This document shows positions 50,169 to 62,144 of a stretch of 64,000 bases of DNA, one piece after another. Source of the stretch: Macrostomum lignano (Eukaryota). The stretch is taken from assembly GCA_002269645.1 (NCBI GenBank), contig NIVC01001493.1:62001-126000 (forward strand), given 5' to 3'. Below the pieces are notes generated by a model that saw only the letters and a list, made by a program, of their open reading frames with translations, made no database searches and was not told the origin of the DNA. Each line of letters opens with the position of its first letter. Position 1 is the stretch's first letter. The position numbers and the translations under genes were made by a program.

Positions 50169-52828
50169 TCACAACAGCTCATAGTACTTATAAGTCTTCG
50201 ATCAAAGTAGCAATTCAGCGACGGATCGTACAGCAAGTCGATGAGGTCGCCGCGGTCCTCGCCGCCGCTTTGACTCGACCCGCGCGAGTCCGACGCTGCC
50301 GATGAGGGAGTCGCGGCGGCGGCGGCGGCGGCGGCAGCTGGGGCGGCGGTGGAAGCGGGAACTGACTGAACTGGCGGGCTCAGAACCCGATTGAAGCTCT
50401 GCTCCAGCGTCTCGTCAGACACCCTGGCGCCCATCATCTCCAGCTTGTGATGCTGGCCTGGCGAGGGCACCCGCAGCTTCTGCCGGTAGGTGCTCAGCGT
50501 GTCCGTGTCGTCGTCATCGTCTGAGCTGCTCGCCGACTTGTCGTGCAGGTGCTTGGTGAGCCGCTTCCGGGGTGACTGCAGGGTTGGGGGGGGGGTGTGT
50601 CTGTCAGCTGTTTGCCCTGTCTGTCAGCTGTTTGCCCTGCCTGTCAGCTGTTTGCCCTGTCTGTCAGCTGTTTGCGCTGTCTGTCAGCTGTTTGCCCTGT
50701 CTGTCAGCTGTTTGCCCTGTTTGCCCTGTCTGTCAGCTGTTTGCGCTGTCTGTCAGCTGTTTGCCCTGTTTGCCCTGTCTGTCAGCTGTTTGCCCTGCCT
50801 GTCAGCTGTTTGCGCTGTCTGTCAGCTGTTTGCCCTGTCTGTCAGCTGTTTGCCCTGTTTGCCCTGTCTGTCAGCTGTTTGCGCTGTCTGTCAGCTGTTT
50901 GCCCTGTTTGCCCTGTCTGTCAGCTGTTTGCCCTGTCTGTCAGCTGTTTGCCCTGTTTGCCCTGTCTGTCAGCTGTTTGCCCTGTTTGCCCTGTCTGTCA
51001 GCTGTTTGCGCTGTCTGTCAGCTGTTTGCCCTGTTTGCCCTGTCTGTCAGCTGTTTGCGCTGTCTGTCAGCTGTTTGCCCTGTTTGCCCTGTCTGTCAGC
51101 TGTTTGCGCTGTCTGTCAGCTGTTTGCCCTGTTTGCCTTGTCTGTCAGCTGTTTGCGCTGTCTGTCAGCTGTTTGCCCTGTTTGCCCTGTCTGTCAGCTG
51201 TTTGCGCTGTCTGTCAGCTGTTTGCCCTGTTTGCCCTGTCTGTCAGCTGTTTGCCCTGTTTGCCCTGTCTGTCAGCTGTTTGCGCTGTCTGTCAGCTGTT
51301 TGCCCTGTTTGCCCTGTCTGTCAGCTGTTTGCCCTGCCTGTCAGCTGTTTGCGCTGTCTGTCAGCTGTTTGCCCTGTCTGTCAGCTGTTTGCCCTGTTTG
51401 CCCTGTCTGTCAGCTGTTTGCGCTGTCTGTCAGCTGTTTGCCCTGTTTGCCCTGTCTGTCAGCTGTTTGCCCTGTCTGTCAGCTGTTTGCCCTGTTTGCC
51501 CTGTCTGTCAGCTGTTTGCCCTGTTTGCCCTGTCTGTCAGCTGTTTGCGCTGTCTGTCAGCTGTTTGCCCTGTTTGCCCTGTCTGTCAGCTGTTTGCGCT
51601 GTCTGTCAGCTGTTTGCCCTGTTTGCCCTGTCTGTCAGCTGTTTGCGCTGTCTGTCAGCTGTTTGCCCTGTTTGCCTTGTCTGTCAGCTGTTTGCGCTGT
51701 CTGTCAGCTGTTTGCCCTGTTTGCCCTGTCTGTCAGCTGTTTGCGCTGTCTGTCAGCTGTTTGCCCTGTTTGCCCTGTCTGTCAGCTGTTTGCCCTGTTT
51801 GCCCTGTCTGTCAGCTGTTTGCGCTGTCTGTCAGCTGTTTGCCCTGTTTGCCCTGTCTGTCAGCTGTTTGCGCTGTCTGTCAGCTGTTTGCCCTGTTTGC
51901 CCTGTCTGTCAGCTGTTTGCGCTGTCTGTCAGCTGTTTGCCCTGTTTGCCCTGTCTGTCAGCTGTTTGCGCTGTCTGTCAGCTGTTTGCCCTGTTTGCCC
52001 TGTCTGTCAGCTGTTTGCGCTGTCTGTCAGCTGTTTGCCCTGTTTGCCCTGTCTCTCAGCTGTTTGTGCTGTCTGTCACTTCCACTGAATCTGTCACTCC
52101 CACTGAATCTGTCACTCCCACTGAATCTGTCACTCCCACTGAATCTGTCACTCCCACTGAATCTGTCACTCCCACTGAATCTGTCACTCCCACTGAATCT
52201 GTCACTCCCACTGAATCTGTCACTCCCACTGAATCTGTCACTCCCACTGAATCTGTCACTCCCACTGAATCTGTCACTCCCACTGAATCTGTCACTCCAC
52301 TGAATCCGTCACTCCTACTTAATTTCACTCCCACCGAGAATCTGTCACTCCCACCTAATATGTCAGTCTCAACAATTCTGTCACTCTCACCGCATCTGTC
52401 ACTCCCACGGAATCTGTCAGCTTCTTAGCCTGTCTGTCACTATCTGCCTTATCTCTTACTATCCATCTACCTGTCAATCTTCACCTATCTGTCACTCTTA
52501 ATCATATCGTCACGCCTATTTATCACTTTTCAATTCTACTCCTAATTTCTCTGTCACTCTGTCTAGCTTTTTTCCTCACCAACCTTCCCTAAATGCTCCT
52601 CCTCCTACCTTGTCGTCCTCGGCATCTGAGGTGGCCTCGTTTTTCAGATCCTGCAGCATTTGGGCTTCGAAGCTGTCGGAGAGGTCCGTCATTTTGTACT
52701 GCCGGAGGTTCAGAGCCGGCCTTGGTGAGGCACCAGCCTGGAGGGTTCGGTTGAGAATTCGGTTGATCAATCAGTCAAGCAACCAATCGACCAATCAATC
52801 AACCTATCAACTAATCAATCAACTAATC

Positions 52829-52862
<34 letters not shown>

Positions 52863-55571
52863 CAGAGCAATCAACCTATCAAAAATCAATTATTCAATCA
52901 ATCAAACAAGCAACTAATCAATCAAACAAATAATCAATAAATAAAAAACCAATCCATCAATCAACAAATCAACGAAATCAATAAACTAATCGATCAAAAA
53001 TCAATCAAAATCAATTAATCAATCAATCAATCAAAAATCGATCAATCGATCAATCAATCAACTAATCAATCAATCAATTAATCAATCAAAAATCGATCAA
53101 TCGATCAATCAAAAATCATTCAATCAATCAATCAATCAATCAAAAATCGATCAATCAATCAATCAAAAATCGATCAATCAATCAATCAATCAATCAATTG
53201 CTCTAGTTTATTCCACAAGGCCACCAAAATCCACATCCAACCCAAAGCAGACGCTGCACCCGTCATCTCACCTTGGAAATCTTCGCTTTGACCTCGTCAG
53301 CGCTGATGAGGCGCAGAGACTGGCGACTCAGCCGCTCCCTGGTGTGGCTCGCAGCCGGCGACACCAGCAGCGACGGCGGCTGTGGCATCGGCGGCTGCCG
53401 CTGACGCCCCCGACGCTGGTCCGAGGTGACAGGCGGGCTGGTAAACACGAAGGTGCCCGGGCCGGGCTCCTCATCTTCGTCGAGCTGCTTGCCGCCACTG
53501 CCGCTGCGCCTGCGGCTGTTGCGGCTGCGTTGCGGCTGCGGGCCTTCGTCTGGTGCATCCGCCTCCGCCTCGCTGGTGCTGTAGCCGCCGCCTCCGCCGC
53601 CGCCTCCGCCACCGCCGCCGCCTCCGCCACCGCCGCCGCCTCCGCCACCGTTGCGATTTTGGCGGCTTCTGCTTTTGGTTAAATTATGCCAGAGTTGATT
53701 TTTGATTGGCAATGGAAGGGGGACACAATGTTGTCAGTACTATACACACCTGTTGTCAGTACTATACACACCTGTTGTCAGTACTATACACACCTGTTGT
53801 CAGTACTATACACACCTGTTGTCAGTACTATACACACCTGTTGTCAGTACTATACACACCTGTTGTCAGTACTATACACACCTGTTGTCAGTACTATACA
53901 CACCTGTTGTCAGTACTATACACACCTGTTGTCAGTACTATACACACCTGTTGTCAGTACTATACACACCTGTTGTCAGTACTATACACACCTGTTGTCA
54001 GTACTATACACACCTGTTGTCAGACTATACACACCTATACACACCTTTTACCAGTATTGAAAGTACAAATCCATTTTATTTGATCCCAACAAAGCTTCGC
54101 TTCGATCCTTAACGCAGATAAGTCCTCAAGCTTAAAAACATTACAATGCTAATCCAGCATTGCGCATTATAAGAAACCTGGACTCACCTGGAGGCGGCAG
54201 ATCCAGCAGACAGCACCCGAGTTTGCGCGTTAGCAAGCGGCGGCCTTCTTGGCGGAGTTGGTGACAACTGAGCCTGCTGTTGCTGCTGCTGCTGCTGGTT
54301 GGTGGTGGCAGCCCGCAAGCGTCGTCTTTGATGATGCCGACTTCGCTGCTGCTGCTGCTGTTGCTTCTGCCAGCCATTCGGCTCGTCTGGCGGCGGTCGC
54401 GGCTGCAAAGGCGGTTGCGGCTGATGCTGCTGCGGCTGCGGCGGCTGCTGCCGGGACTCCGCACTGCTGGGATTTGAAGAGGCCGAGTGATGCTGCTGCT
54501 GCTGCTGCTGCTGATGGCGCGGCTGCCGACCAGACGAAGCCGCCGATGCCATGGAAGAGGAGGGCGATGAAGATTGCTGCTGAAGCAACATCTGCTGCTG
54601 CTGATGCTGGAGTGGCTGCCAAGCCGCAATCCGGAGCTTGCTGGGGTTCAGCAGTCGAGTTGGACAGCTGCCGCCACTGCCAGCGCTGCCGCTTTCCGCC
54701 GGCTCGTTCAAAGCGGTGGACACCCGAGAGAGACGGCAGTTGGCCGCCACGGAGACTCGGTCCAGGCTGCGGTAGCGCTGCTCCCGCCACAGCTCGGCGA
54801 CGAATGCTCGGAGGTCGACGGCTAAGGTGTTCCACTGAGTTTGACAAACAACAACAACGTTGTTTACATCGAGAAGTTGCCAAGTTTAAACAGCACTCCT
54901 ACAGCTCGAAACAACCCAAAGAACCACGGGAACTTTTCCCATAGGAAGCAGAAGAGGCACCCTTTGCTTTGGGGGGTTGGCCATCATGGAAATTTTTCAA
55001 ATCTCACTGAGTTTTTTTGCCGACGAATTCAGCAAAGGAATCTTGGCCATGAGCTGGTCGCAAGCGGTCTCTCTCACTGTTGTTGAGAACAGCAGTCTGC
55101 GTCTGTTGCCCCCGGAGTCTGTCACTCTGCCAGGGCGGATTAGAGATACTCAGACTGTAGAGTCAACAAGGGTAAAAAAGGCAGATACTCGTATGCGTGC
55201 CAGCTACTCACATTAGTTCGAAAGAGAATTCGGCATTCTGCGCCAGAAACACTTGCAAACAGAGAAAGCCGTGAACGATTGACACTGGAATGTTAAGCGG
55301 TTAGATATATGTAGGTATAAAAAAACTCAGGAGAATATCTTCGGGTAAGGTCTACAATAGTGCAAACCCGAAAACTTTAATCAGCTCATGCGCTACCTTC
55401 GGGCCACCCGCAGGGCTGAACTCTCCTTTCCAGAGAGCACCATAGCTGCTGGCGACACTGGGGGACCTCCCTGGGCGGCGCCAACCCTCCGTCCATAGCG
55501 ACGCGTCGGCCGTTCAGGGACTAGCGGAATGGGCGCCCGCGCCTTCCCGCTGTGTCCCCTCCGGGACAGCC
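50169..55571 (-). CDS. CFAP20DC: CFAP20 domain-containing protein (C3orf67-like); 5' end unresolved; apparent single-base indels
   Basis: Exons 55284-55212, 55126-55008, 54834-54188, about 53671-53272, 52737-52609 and 50575-50169, plus a tentative exon at 55571-55396. CFAP20 domain: HGFLCLQVF..FSFELIVTD..RRRLLFST..AKIPL..WNTLAVDL..YRSLDRVSVAANCRL. C-terminus DLLYDPSLNCYFD[P]KTYKYYELL matches the family terminus as I recall it. Poly-Gln and about 22-Gly tracts lie between. Confidence 0.85.
50599..52070. repeat. 20/29-bp minisatellite (CTGTCTGTCAGCTGTTTGCC with optional CTGTTTGCC) containing a 539-bp higher-order duplication, intronic
   Basis: Variants GCCCTGCC (50792, 51331) and GCCTT (51135, 51674) recur 539 bp apart; the long Cys-rich ORFs are repeat translations. 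Confidence 0.93.
52074..52310. repeat. 18-bp minisatellite (CTGAATCTGTCACTCCCA), intronic
   Basis: Near-perfect periodicity. Confidence 0.93.
52768..53198. repeat. Degenerate (ATCA)n microsatellite, intronic
   Basis: Direct inspection. Confidence 0.9.
53729..54045. repeat. 22-bp minisatellite (TGTTGTCAGTACTATACACACC), intronic
   Basis: Near-perfect periodicity, about 14 copies. Confidence 0.95.
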
Positions 55572-55599
55572 CTGCAGCTAAGTCAAGTAAGTCAAGACC

Positions 55600-56432
55600 G
55601 TAGCCCAGCAACTGACACTCTGGGAAGCTGGCCCAGCAACTGAGGATCTGGGAGGCTGGCCCAGCAATTGAGGACTGAGAGGCTAGCCCAGCAACTGACA
55701 ATCTGGGAGGCTGGCCCAGCAACTGAGGATCTGGGAGGTTGGCCCAGCAACTGAGGATCTGGGAGGGTGGCCCAGCAACTGAGGATCTGGGAGGTTGGCC
55801 CAGCAACTAAGGATCTGGGAGGCTGGCCCAGCAACTGAGGATCTAGGAGACTAGCCCAGCAACTGAGGATCTGGGAGGGTGGCGGTGGGCCAGAAACTGA
55901 GGATCTGGGAGGTTGGCCCAGCAACTGAGGATCTGGGAGGCTGGCCCAGCAACTGAGGATCTAGGAGACTAGCCCAGCAACTGACAATCTGGGAGGCTGG
56001 CCCAGCAACTGAGGATCTGGGAGGGTGGCCCAGCAACTGAGGATCTGGGAGGTTGGCCCAGCAACTGAGGATCTGGGAGGCTGGCCCAGCAACTGAGGAT
56101 CTAGGAGACTAGCCCAGCAACTGAGGATCTGGGAGGGTGGCGGTGGGCCAGAAACTGAGGATCTGGGAGGTTGGCCCAGCAACTGAGGATCTGGGAGGTT
56201 GGCCCAGCAACTGAGGATCTGGGAGGTTGGCCCAGCAACTGAGGATCTGGGAGGCTGGCCCAGCAACTGAGGATCTAGGAGACTAGCCCAGCAACTGAGG
56301 ATCTGGGAGGGTGGCGGTGGGCCAGAAACTGAGAATCTGGGAGGCTGGCTCAGCAACTGAGGATCTGGGAGGGTGGCGGTGGGCCAGAAACTGAGAATCT
56401 GGGAGGCTGGCTCAGCAACTGAGGATCTGGGA
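55600..56432. repeat. 28-bp minisatellite (GGCCCAGCAACTGAGGATCTGGGAGGCT) with longer variant units
   Basis: Direct periodicity. Confidence 0.92.
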
Positions 56433-56770
56433 GTACTAACGACTCACGAACAACTCTTAACAAAGTTAAGCAAAACCCAAAATCAGCATTTGCCCCCCAC
56501 AAAAAAGAAGAAAAAGCCAAATGACAAAAAGTTGCAGTCTCCCTGTTTTCAGTTCTGCTGCTACAAAAGAAATCAACATCGTGCAGATACACAAGTCGAC
56601 AATCTTTAAATATTTCGTGAATTTCAGACACCATTTAAACCATGAAAAGCTGAAACCGTATAAAGACAATGGGCACAATAATCAGGAAGTAAAAAACAAT
56701 GGAAATATGATAGAATAAGAGGGATTCATAAAATCTGTAAAACGAAAGTCAAGTAAACTCATCCAGTTGA

Positions 56771-57657
56771 TCAGCAATTGTAAGCAGCCATGCTGATGTC
56801 GGGCCGGTGGCAGCTCAGGTCCCCAGCGTCCACAGCCGATACATCTCGCCTAGACAGCTCGATTCTCTGTTGCTTGGCAACCAAGCAGGCGAATTCGCGA
56901 TACTCCATAGCCCTGGCCGCGTCTGCCGCTTCGATTCGTTTACTCTTAGTAGTATAATCGTGTTTTTTCCCTTTCCCACCAGCTCCAACAGCGGCGGCAG
57001 CATCGACGGCGGCCGCGCCAGCGCTGGGCAGTTTCAATCGCGGATCGGCATTTGTCGGCGACAGCAGGTCGGCAGCGGCCATGCGGCGCAGTCGACGCCG
57101 GTACTGGTGGCAGGAGTAGGCCAGCCGGAACGCCGGAACCAGGACTAGGGAGGCCAGAGCGGCCACCAGCAGGTAGTGGTGCCACTCCAGCTGACTGGCG
57201 CCCCCTACTTTGCCAGCAAAGAGTCGCATGAGAGCCAAGCTGGTGCTGACAGCCAGCGGGACAAAGATCAGCACAGCGGCTGCGTCAATCAGGAGGCTGC
57301 GCCTGACGCTCGAATTAGCAAAGAATCGTCTGGCCCGACTTTTCCTACCGTTGCTGGCCGATCGATAATTAGCGCCAGGCAGCATGGTCCGATCGCTGAT
57401 GCCGCTGCTGGAGCGTTTGCTGCGCTTCTTCTGCGATTGCTGCTGCGGCTTGGCGCTGCACATGGCGGACAGCGGCAGGATGGCCGACAGTGACAGCCGC
57501 GGCGGCTGCTGGCCGCTGGCTCCGGGTGTACTTTTCCAACAGGCACCGCCTCCCGGTGGCATCAGCTGATTGCTGTTCTTGTTGCTGTTGGCGCTGATGG
57601 CCGATTTTGCCGACCCCTGCTGCTCTGAGATGACATTGCTGCCGTTATTATGATTGC

Positions 57658-57688
<31 letters not shown>

Positions 57689-57763
57689 GCTGTTGTTTTT
57701 ATCGTCATCGTTGTTGTTGCTTTTGGCGGACATTTTGGAAACGTTGCGATAGCTATTTTCCAT
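56771..57763 (-). CDS. Orphan single-exon ORF, 330 aa, poly-Asn N-terminus and two predicted TM helices
   Basis: Long GC-rich ATG-to-stop ORF in an AT-rich context; hydrophobic segments LLIDAAAVLIFVPLAVSTSLALM and YLLVAALASLVLVPAFRLAY; no recognisable domain. Confidence 0.65.
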
Positions 57764-60759
57764 CTATCACCTATCTATATTAAATTACCTTTTTTGACTA
57801 CCTGAGGAGTCGACCACTTTTCAACGAGATAAGACGGAGAGAGAAAGGGTCTTGATGACAATTAATTGGCTCAGCGTAATCAACGTTTGTAACCTATGTA
57901 CATTTGGGCTAGCTCAGAGGCGTGCAACCCAATGTACATCGATGGTGTACGCTTTAATGGTCACGTGACGTTATACTGTTGGGGTGGAGGTTGAATGGCG
58001 AGAGAAAACTGAAGAAAGAAACGTTTCTTTGCTATTTTTTAGCTTTTTGTTTTTATTGTACATATTAGGTATCGATCACGTAAATTAGAATGTTTATAGC
58101 AAATCAGTCAGCACGAAATAACCATAACTATAAAATTGCTTCTCTTGGGTTAATTTAGGCGAAAACTTACATGGCTTCCGTTTGTCACTAGGTAGTGTCA
58201 TTTTACACGTTGATGGACTGCCCTCGAGTGAATAGACGTAGGTGTGCAGCTCTTTGTCAAACACCTGCAAAAATTATTAGTAATACTGTGCACTAATGAT
58301 TGTAGAATAATTATTAGAAGCGAGTTGAATTACCTTTCTAATTGAAGAACCAGAAACTTTCCAGTTTTCTGCTGGACCCCGTCCTTGGGCAGAGAACAGC
58401 TCATAATACTGTGACCCACTCATGCAGTATAATTTATAATATGAAAGTTGATAATTCTTTCATTTCATTTTTAGAATGGTTAAATCATTTAACAAATCTA
58501 GTAAACAAATATACAAAAATAAAAGTCCAGTTTAACTATTAATATTATAGAGTAAGTGCAATGCTTGCTTGTATATTCAAAAAAGCTTGATTTTAGATAT
58601 GAGGAATTCTATTTGAAAAATTTATATATTAAGATCCTTTTTGTTAACTTGGAAATTAAAAAAAAAGATTTTGTCAAATGTATAATTACTAATGATGTCT
58701 AAAATATTCTATTAATCTAAACCAATGAAAGCAAGCCTTACAAATGAATATTTTATATTTATTGAAGTAGTTAATAATGATCACTAAATAATGAAACCCA
58801 ATTTATTAAAGTAACTTTGCATTTCACAACACAGGCTAAAAATATTAAACAACTATTATATACATACTATATGTTAATTTTAATTCCTCATTTTAAAAAA
58901 AATGAAAGAAAAAAACTGATCCATATTAACTATATTATTTATGAAATTTTAATATAAGCTTTTAATTTCAGATAACAATGTAGCTAAAAACGTAGCACAC
59001 TTTTTAGTAACAATAAAACTATAAATGGTATGATGCTAAATTTATAACAATGGTTGGGTTTCTTCTGTTCTGTTTAAATTAAATGTACACTAGTCACTAA
59101 GTACATTTTAGCGTGTCTTTTCTCTGTGATGTTAATCTCGTCGCTTGTGTCATATTCATAAAAAATGTTTTTAACTAAAAATTAACCACTTAATTGTAGA
59201 GTATCAGAATAAAAACAATTAATAAACACGATAAATATTTCCTCTAAAATATCTACTTTAAAATAATCTTCGTGTTGCTTTCAGAGAAAAAAATTTAATT
59301 AAAAAGTTAAGCAAAGCAAAAGTTTTTAATATTATTTTTGTTATCAAATAAGGTTTTTATATGCTTATTGTTATTACCATTTAAATTATTAGTCTAGTTT
59401 TTACAACTTTTAATAAATTGCTTAGTTGTCGTTTTTTCAGTTTCCGTAAATTTTTTATGATCTCTAAACGTATCTTTATGGGAATTCTTTGAAAACTTTA
59501 CAGTTGATGAAAATCTTTATGCGAAGAAATCGCTATAGTAGTGCTTGAATTTTGAATTTGAGCGAAATTTTTAAAGCGTAAAGTTTTAGTTTTAGATGGG
59601 AAAATCGTCCTTGAGATCCAAAACGTGGTAAGATCAGAGCTGATTGGGCTCTTGTGCAAGGGACCAAAACCCTAGTCTTCTATCAATGTTCTGAGGGCGA
59701 AAGTGGTGCATTTTGCTAAACCTTTAGACAGCTGGAAAAGCTGTTTACAGCTTTTGCTGCTGATTATCAGTCTTGGTTACCACGCTATGGTTCAGGATCA
59801 CGTACGCACCCAAGTTATTTATACATGTACATGTACGTCGCACTTAATATCAACGAAACCGCAAATTCCGTAAGTCATATTACTAAAAGTCTTGTGACCA
59901 CTCCTTTTGATCCCGCACACCCACCCCATTTTACTACTAATCACAACACGGCCAATTGCAAGCAGCTATTGCATAACGTCACTCGGCTGCTATAGGCAAT
60001 GCGGCCTACTATAGTGCGCGTGATTAGGGATTCGAGCTCTATAAACGAGTCGTCACCCCTAGAGGACCTGATCACAGGTTTCGAGCTCGCCTATAGCTTC
60101 TGTGTCAGTTTCTAAGCTCACGCCAATTTTCCATGTCAGCGTCAAAAACCAACATCTCCCACTCCCCCAACAACCCCCATTTGTGTTCGCATTTTTACAT
60201 TGTTTTTACATGTAGTTTCACCCAGCAGGTATCATCGTGATCTTCCCCCTAGAAATCTCTAAATCTGTAGTTTCGCTTATCGCTGGGGCGTTTGTGAGAG
60301 GGGCCGGGGACAGGGGAAGATTTGGCGCCAAAATGGGTGCTAACAACACAACTCCCAACAAATGTGGGAATTCAGTCCTGTAGAATTCTTGGCTTATCCT
60401 ATCCAGATCCCAACCCCCCCCCCCCACAAAACAGAGCGCACCTGATTCAAGCACTTCAAGATCATCATCTTCATTACTCAACAAAAGCGTCATGGATTCA
60501 TGTTTCTCACGCTCTCTTCAGCTTTCTGACTTCAATATGATACAAAAAGATGCTCTCTATTAATTTTATTTCCATAATTTTTTAATGGAATTTAAAAACG
60601 GTTTTAAAGCATTTGAAACACGTTGCCGTATATTGCTTTCAGTTCAGGGACAAAGGCTCGGTGTACTATATTTGGTTTTTTGAAAAGGTTTCGCATAAAA
60701 TTTCTTTCTGTCATGCACTTCACTTGTCATGCACGCCGTTTAGCTACTTAGGTCTCGGC

Positions 60760-62144
60760 TCAGCCACGAACGAAGAACTGGCCCTGGAGGCTCAGCTGAG
60801 CAGTCGGAATGGCGGCGATGTCCATGAAGTGGCACAGGTGCAGCTGCTGGGAGTACAGCACGGCCTGGCAGTCAGCGGTGCAGTTGTAGGTGCAGGCAGA
60901 CAGGGAGTGAGCGCTGCCGGACCAGTGTTTGATGCGGGACGAGTCCAGAGCGAGGTAGGAGTTGTTGCCAGGCACAAACAGGTTCGGTTCTGGAGGGGAA
61001 ATTTCGGCAATACTCTTCTTATAGAAATATTGATTCCGTAGCTTTCTCATTCGAAGAAAATCGAAAGGAGACAAAATCTCTCACTAACAGCTTCCATACA
61101 GGAAGTGTTTCCATGGTTTCCATGAGGTGTTTCCATTGTATAGGGCATTGTAGTCTAGTGGTTAGAGCGTCGGACTCACGACTTGCCGTCGAAGGTTGGG
61201 GGTTCGATTCCCGATCCCAATAGAACAATTTGTGGGATTTGAGCAAGACACTTAACTCTGCATTGCTTCAGTTCACCCAGCTGTAAAATGGGTGTCAGCA
61301 TTAGCTGGGGTAATTGAGGGTGTGTATGGCGACCCCCCAGTCCTTGGACTGAACAGCCGTACGCAGCCTTCAGATGCGCAGCGCAATAGCTGCGGCTGAG
61401 CTGTCGGTTGCACCCCCCACATCGGCGTATTAGGGCAGGTGTAATCAATTATTAAATATTTTTATTATTTTCATAGTAGTTCTTTCCGATTTCTAAATCT
61501 CTAAATATGTCTAAAAGATTAGCGCATGTATGATGACCATCTTCATCATTGTACATCCTTGAAATTAAAGTGCAGTAAAAGCAGCAGACGGCGGCCTTGC
61601 CAGAGCGGTTTTTGTATTCGGAACTGACCAGAAGAATTCTGTGTGTTGAATACTTCTAATAGAACTAGTGCTTTTATGCGACCATGCGATTCCCGATCCC
61701 AGCCTCACTGGTGTAGTGCTGCCTGAACACCGAGTTCCGATAGCCGGCACCGCATTTCTGAGCCCAGTTACCACCGCAGTTGTGTGAGCACTCGCTGTCA
61801 TGCAATTGAGTTGGCCCGTACGAACTTCCACAGAAGCAGTAATAGTACGATTGAACGCCAAAGTACGGATGACTACCAAGGGCGCACATTTCGCTACACA
61901 TCTCGTGAGTCATGCTGTAGGAGAAGAACATGATCCCCTCTAACTGATTAACATTCACGCCTCCAATTCTAGTGATGCCGTACTCCTTCAGGCTGATCAT
62001 CTGGCGCTGGCTGTTGATGTAGTCCAGGTAGCAGCCGACATAGGTGAAGTAGCGGCTCCTGCCGGCGCTCGAGACGATGCTGATGACCTGACAGGCGAGC
62101 AGCAGGCCGGCCGTCAGAAGGATTAGGCCGTGTAGAGACCGCAT
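60760..62144 (-). CDS. Secreted WSC-domain plus PAN/apple-like protein, 221 aa, 2 exons
   Basis: Exons 62144-61709 and 60989-60760 (phase 1, 666 nt). Signal peptide MRSLHGLILLTAGLLLAC; WSC YVGCY..MTHEMCSEMC..YFGVQ..CFCG..ECSHNCGGN..CG..NSVF; PAN-like SLSACTYNCTADCQAVLYS..LCHF. Confidence 0.85.
61143..61470 (+). mobile_element. tRNA-derived SINE family B, full-length copy with a CORE-like central domain, antisense in the WSC gene intron
   Basis: A box TAGTCTAGTGG, B box GGTTCGATTCC, central GAGCAAGACACTTAACTC..CTTCAGTTCACCCAGCTGTAAAATGGG (61241-61292), AT-rich tail; two more copies in the window. Confidence 0.85.

Noticed and set aside
50490-52428. Three 530-620-aa Cys-rich ORFs
   Set aside because: They are translations of the 20/29-bp and 18-bp intronic minisatellites, antisense to CFAP20DC.
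61143-61220. tRNA gene candidates here, at 35150-35220 and at 27000-27078
   Set aside because: A/B boxes are present but continue into shared SINE bodies with A-rich tails; no convincing cloverleaf.
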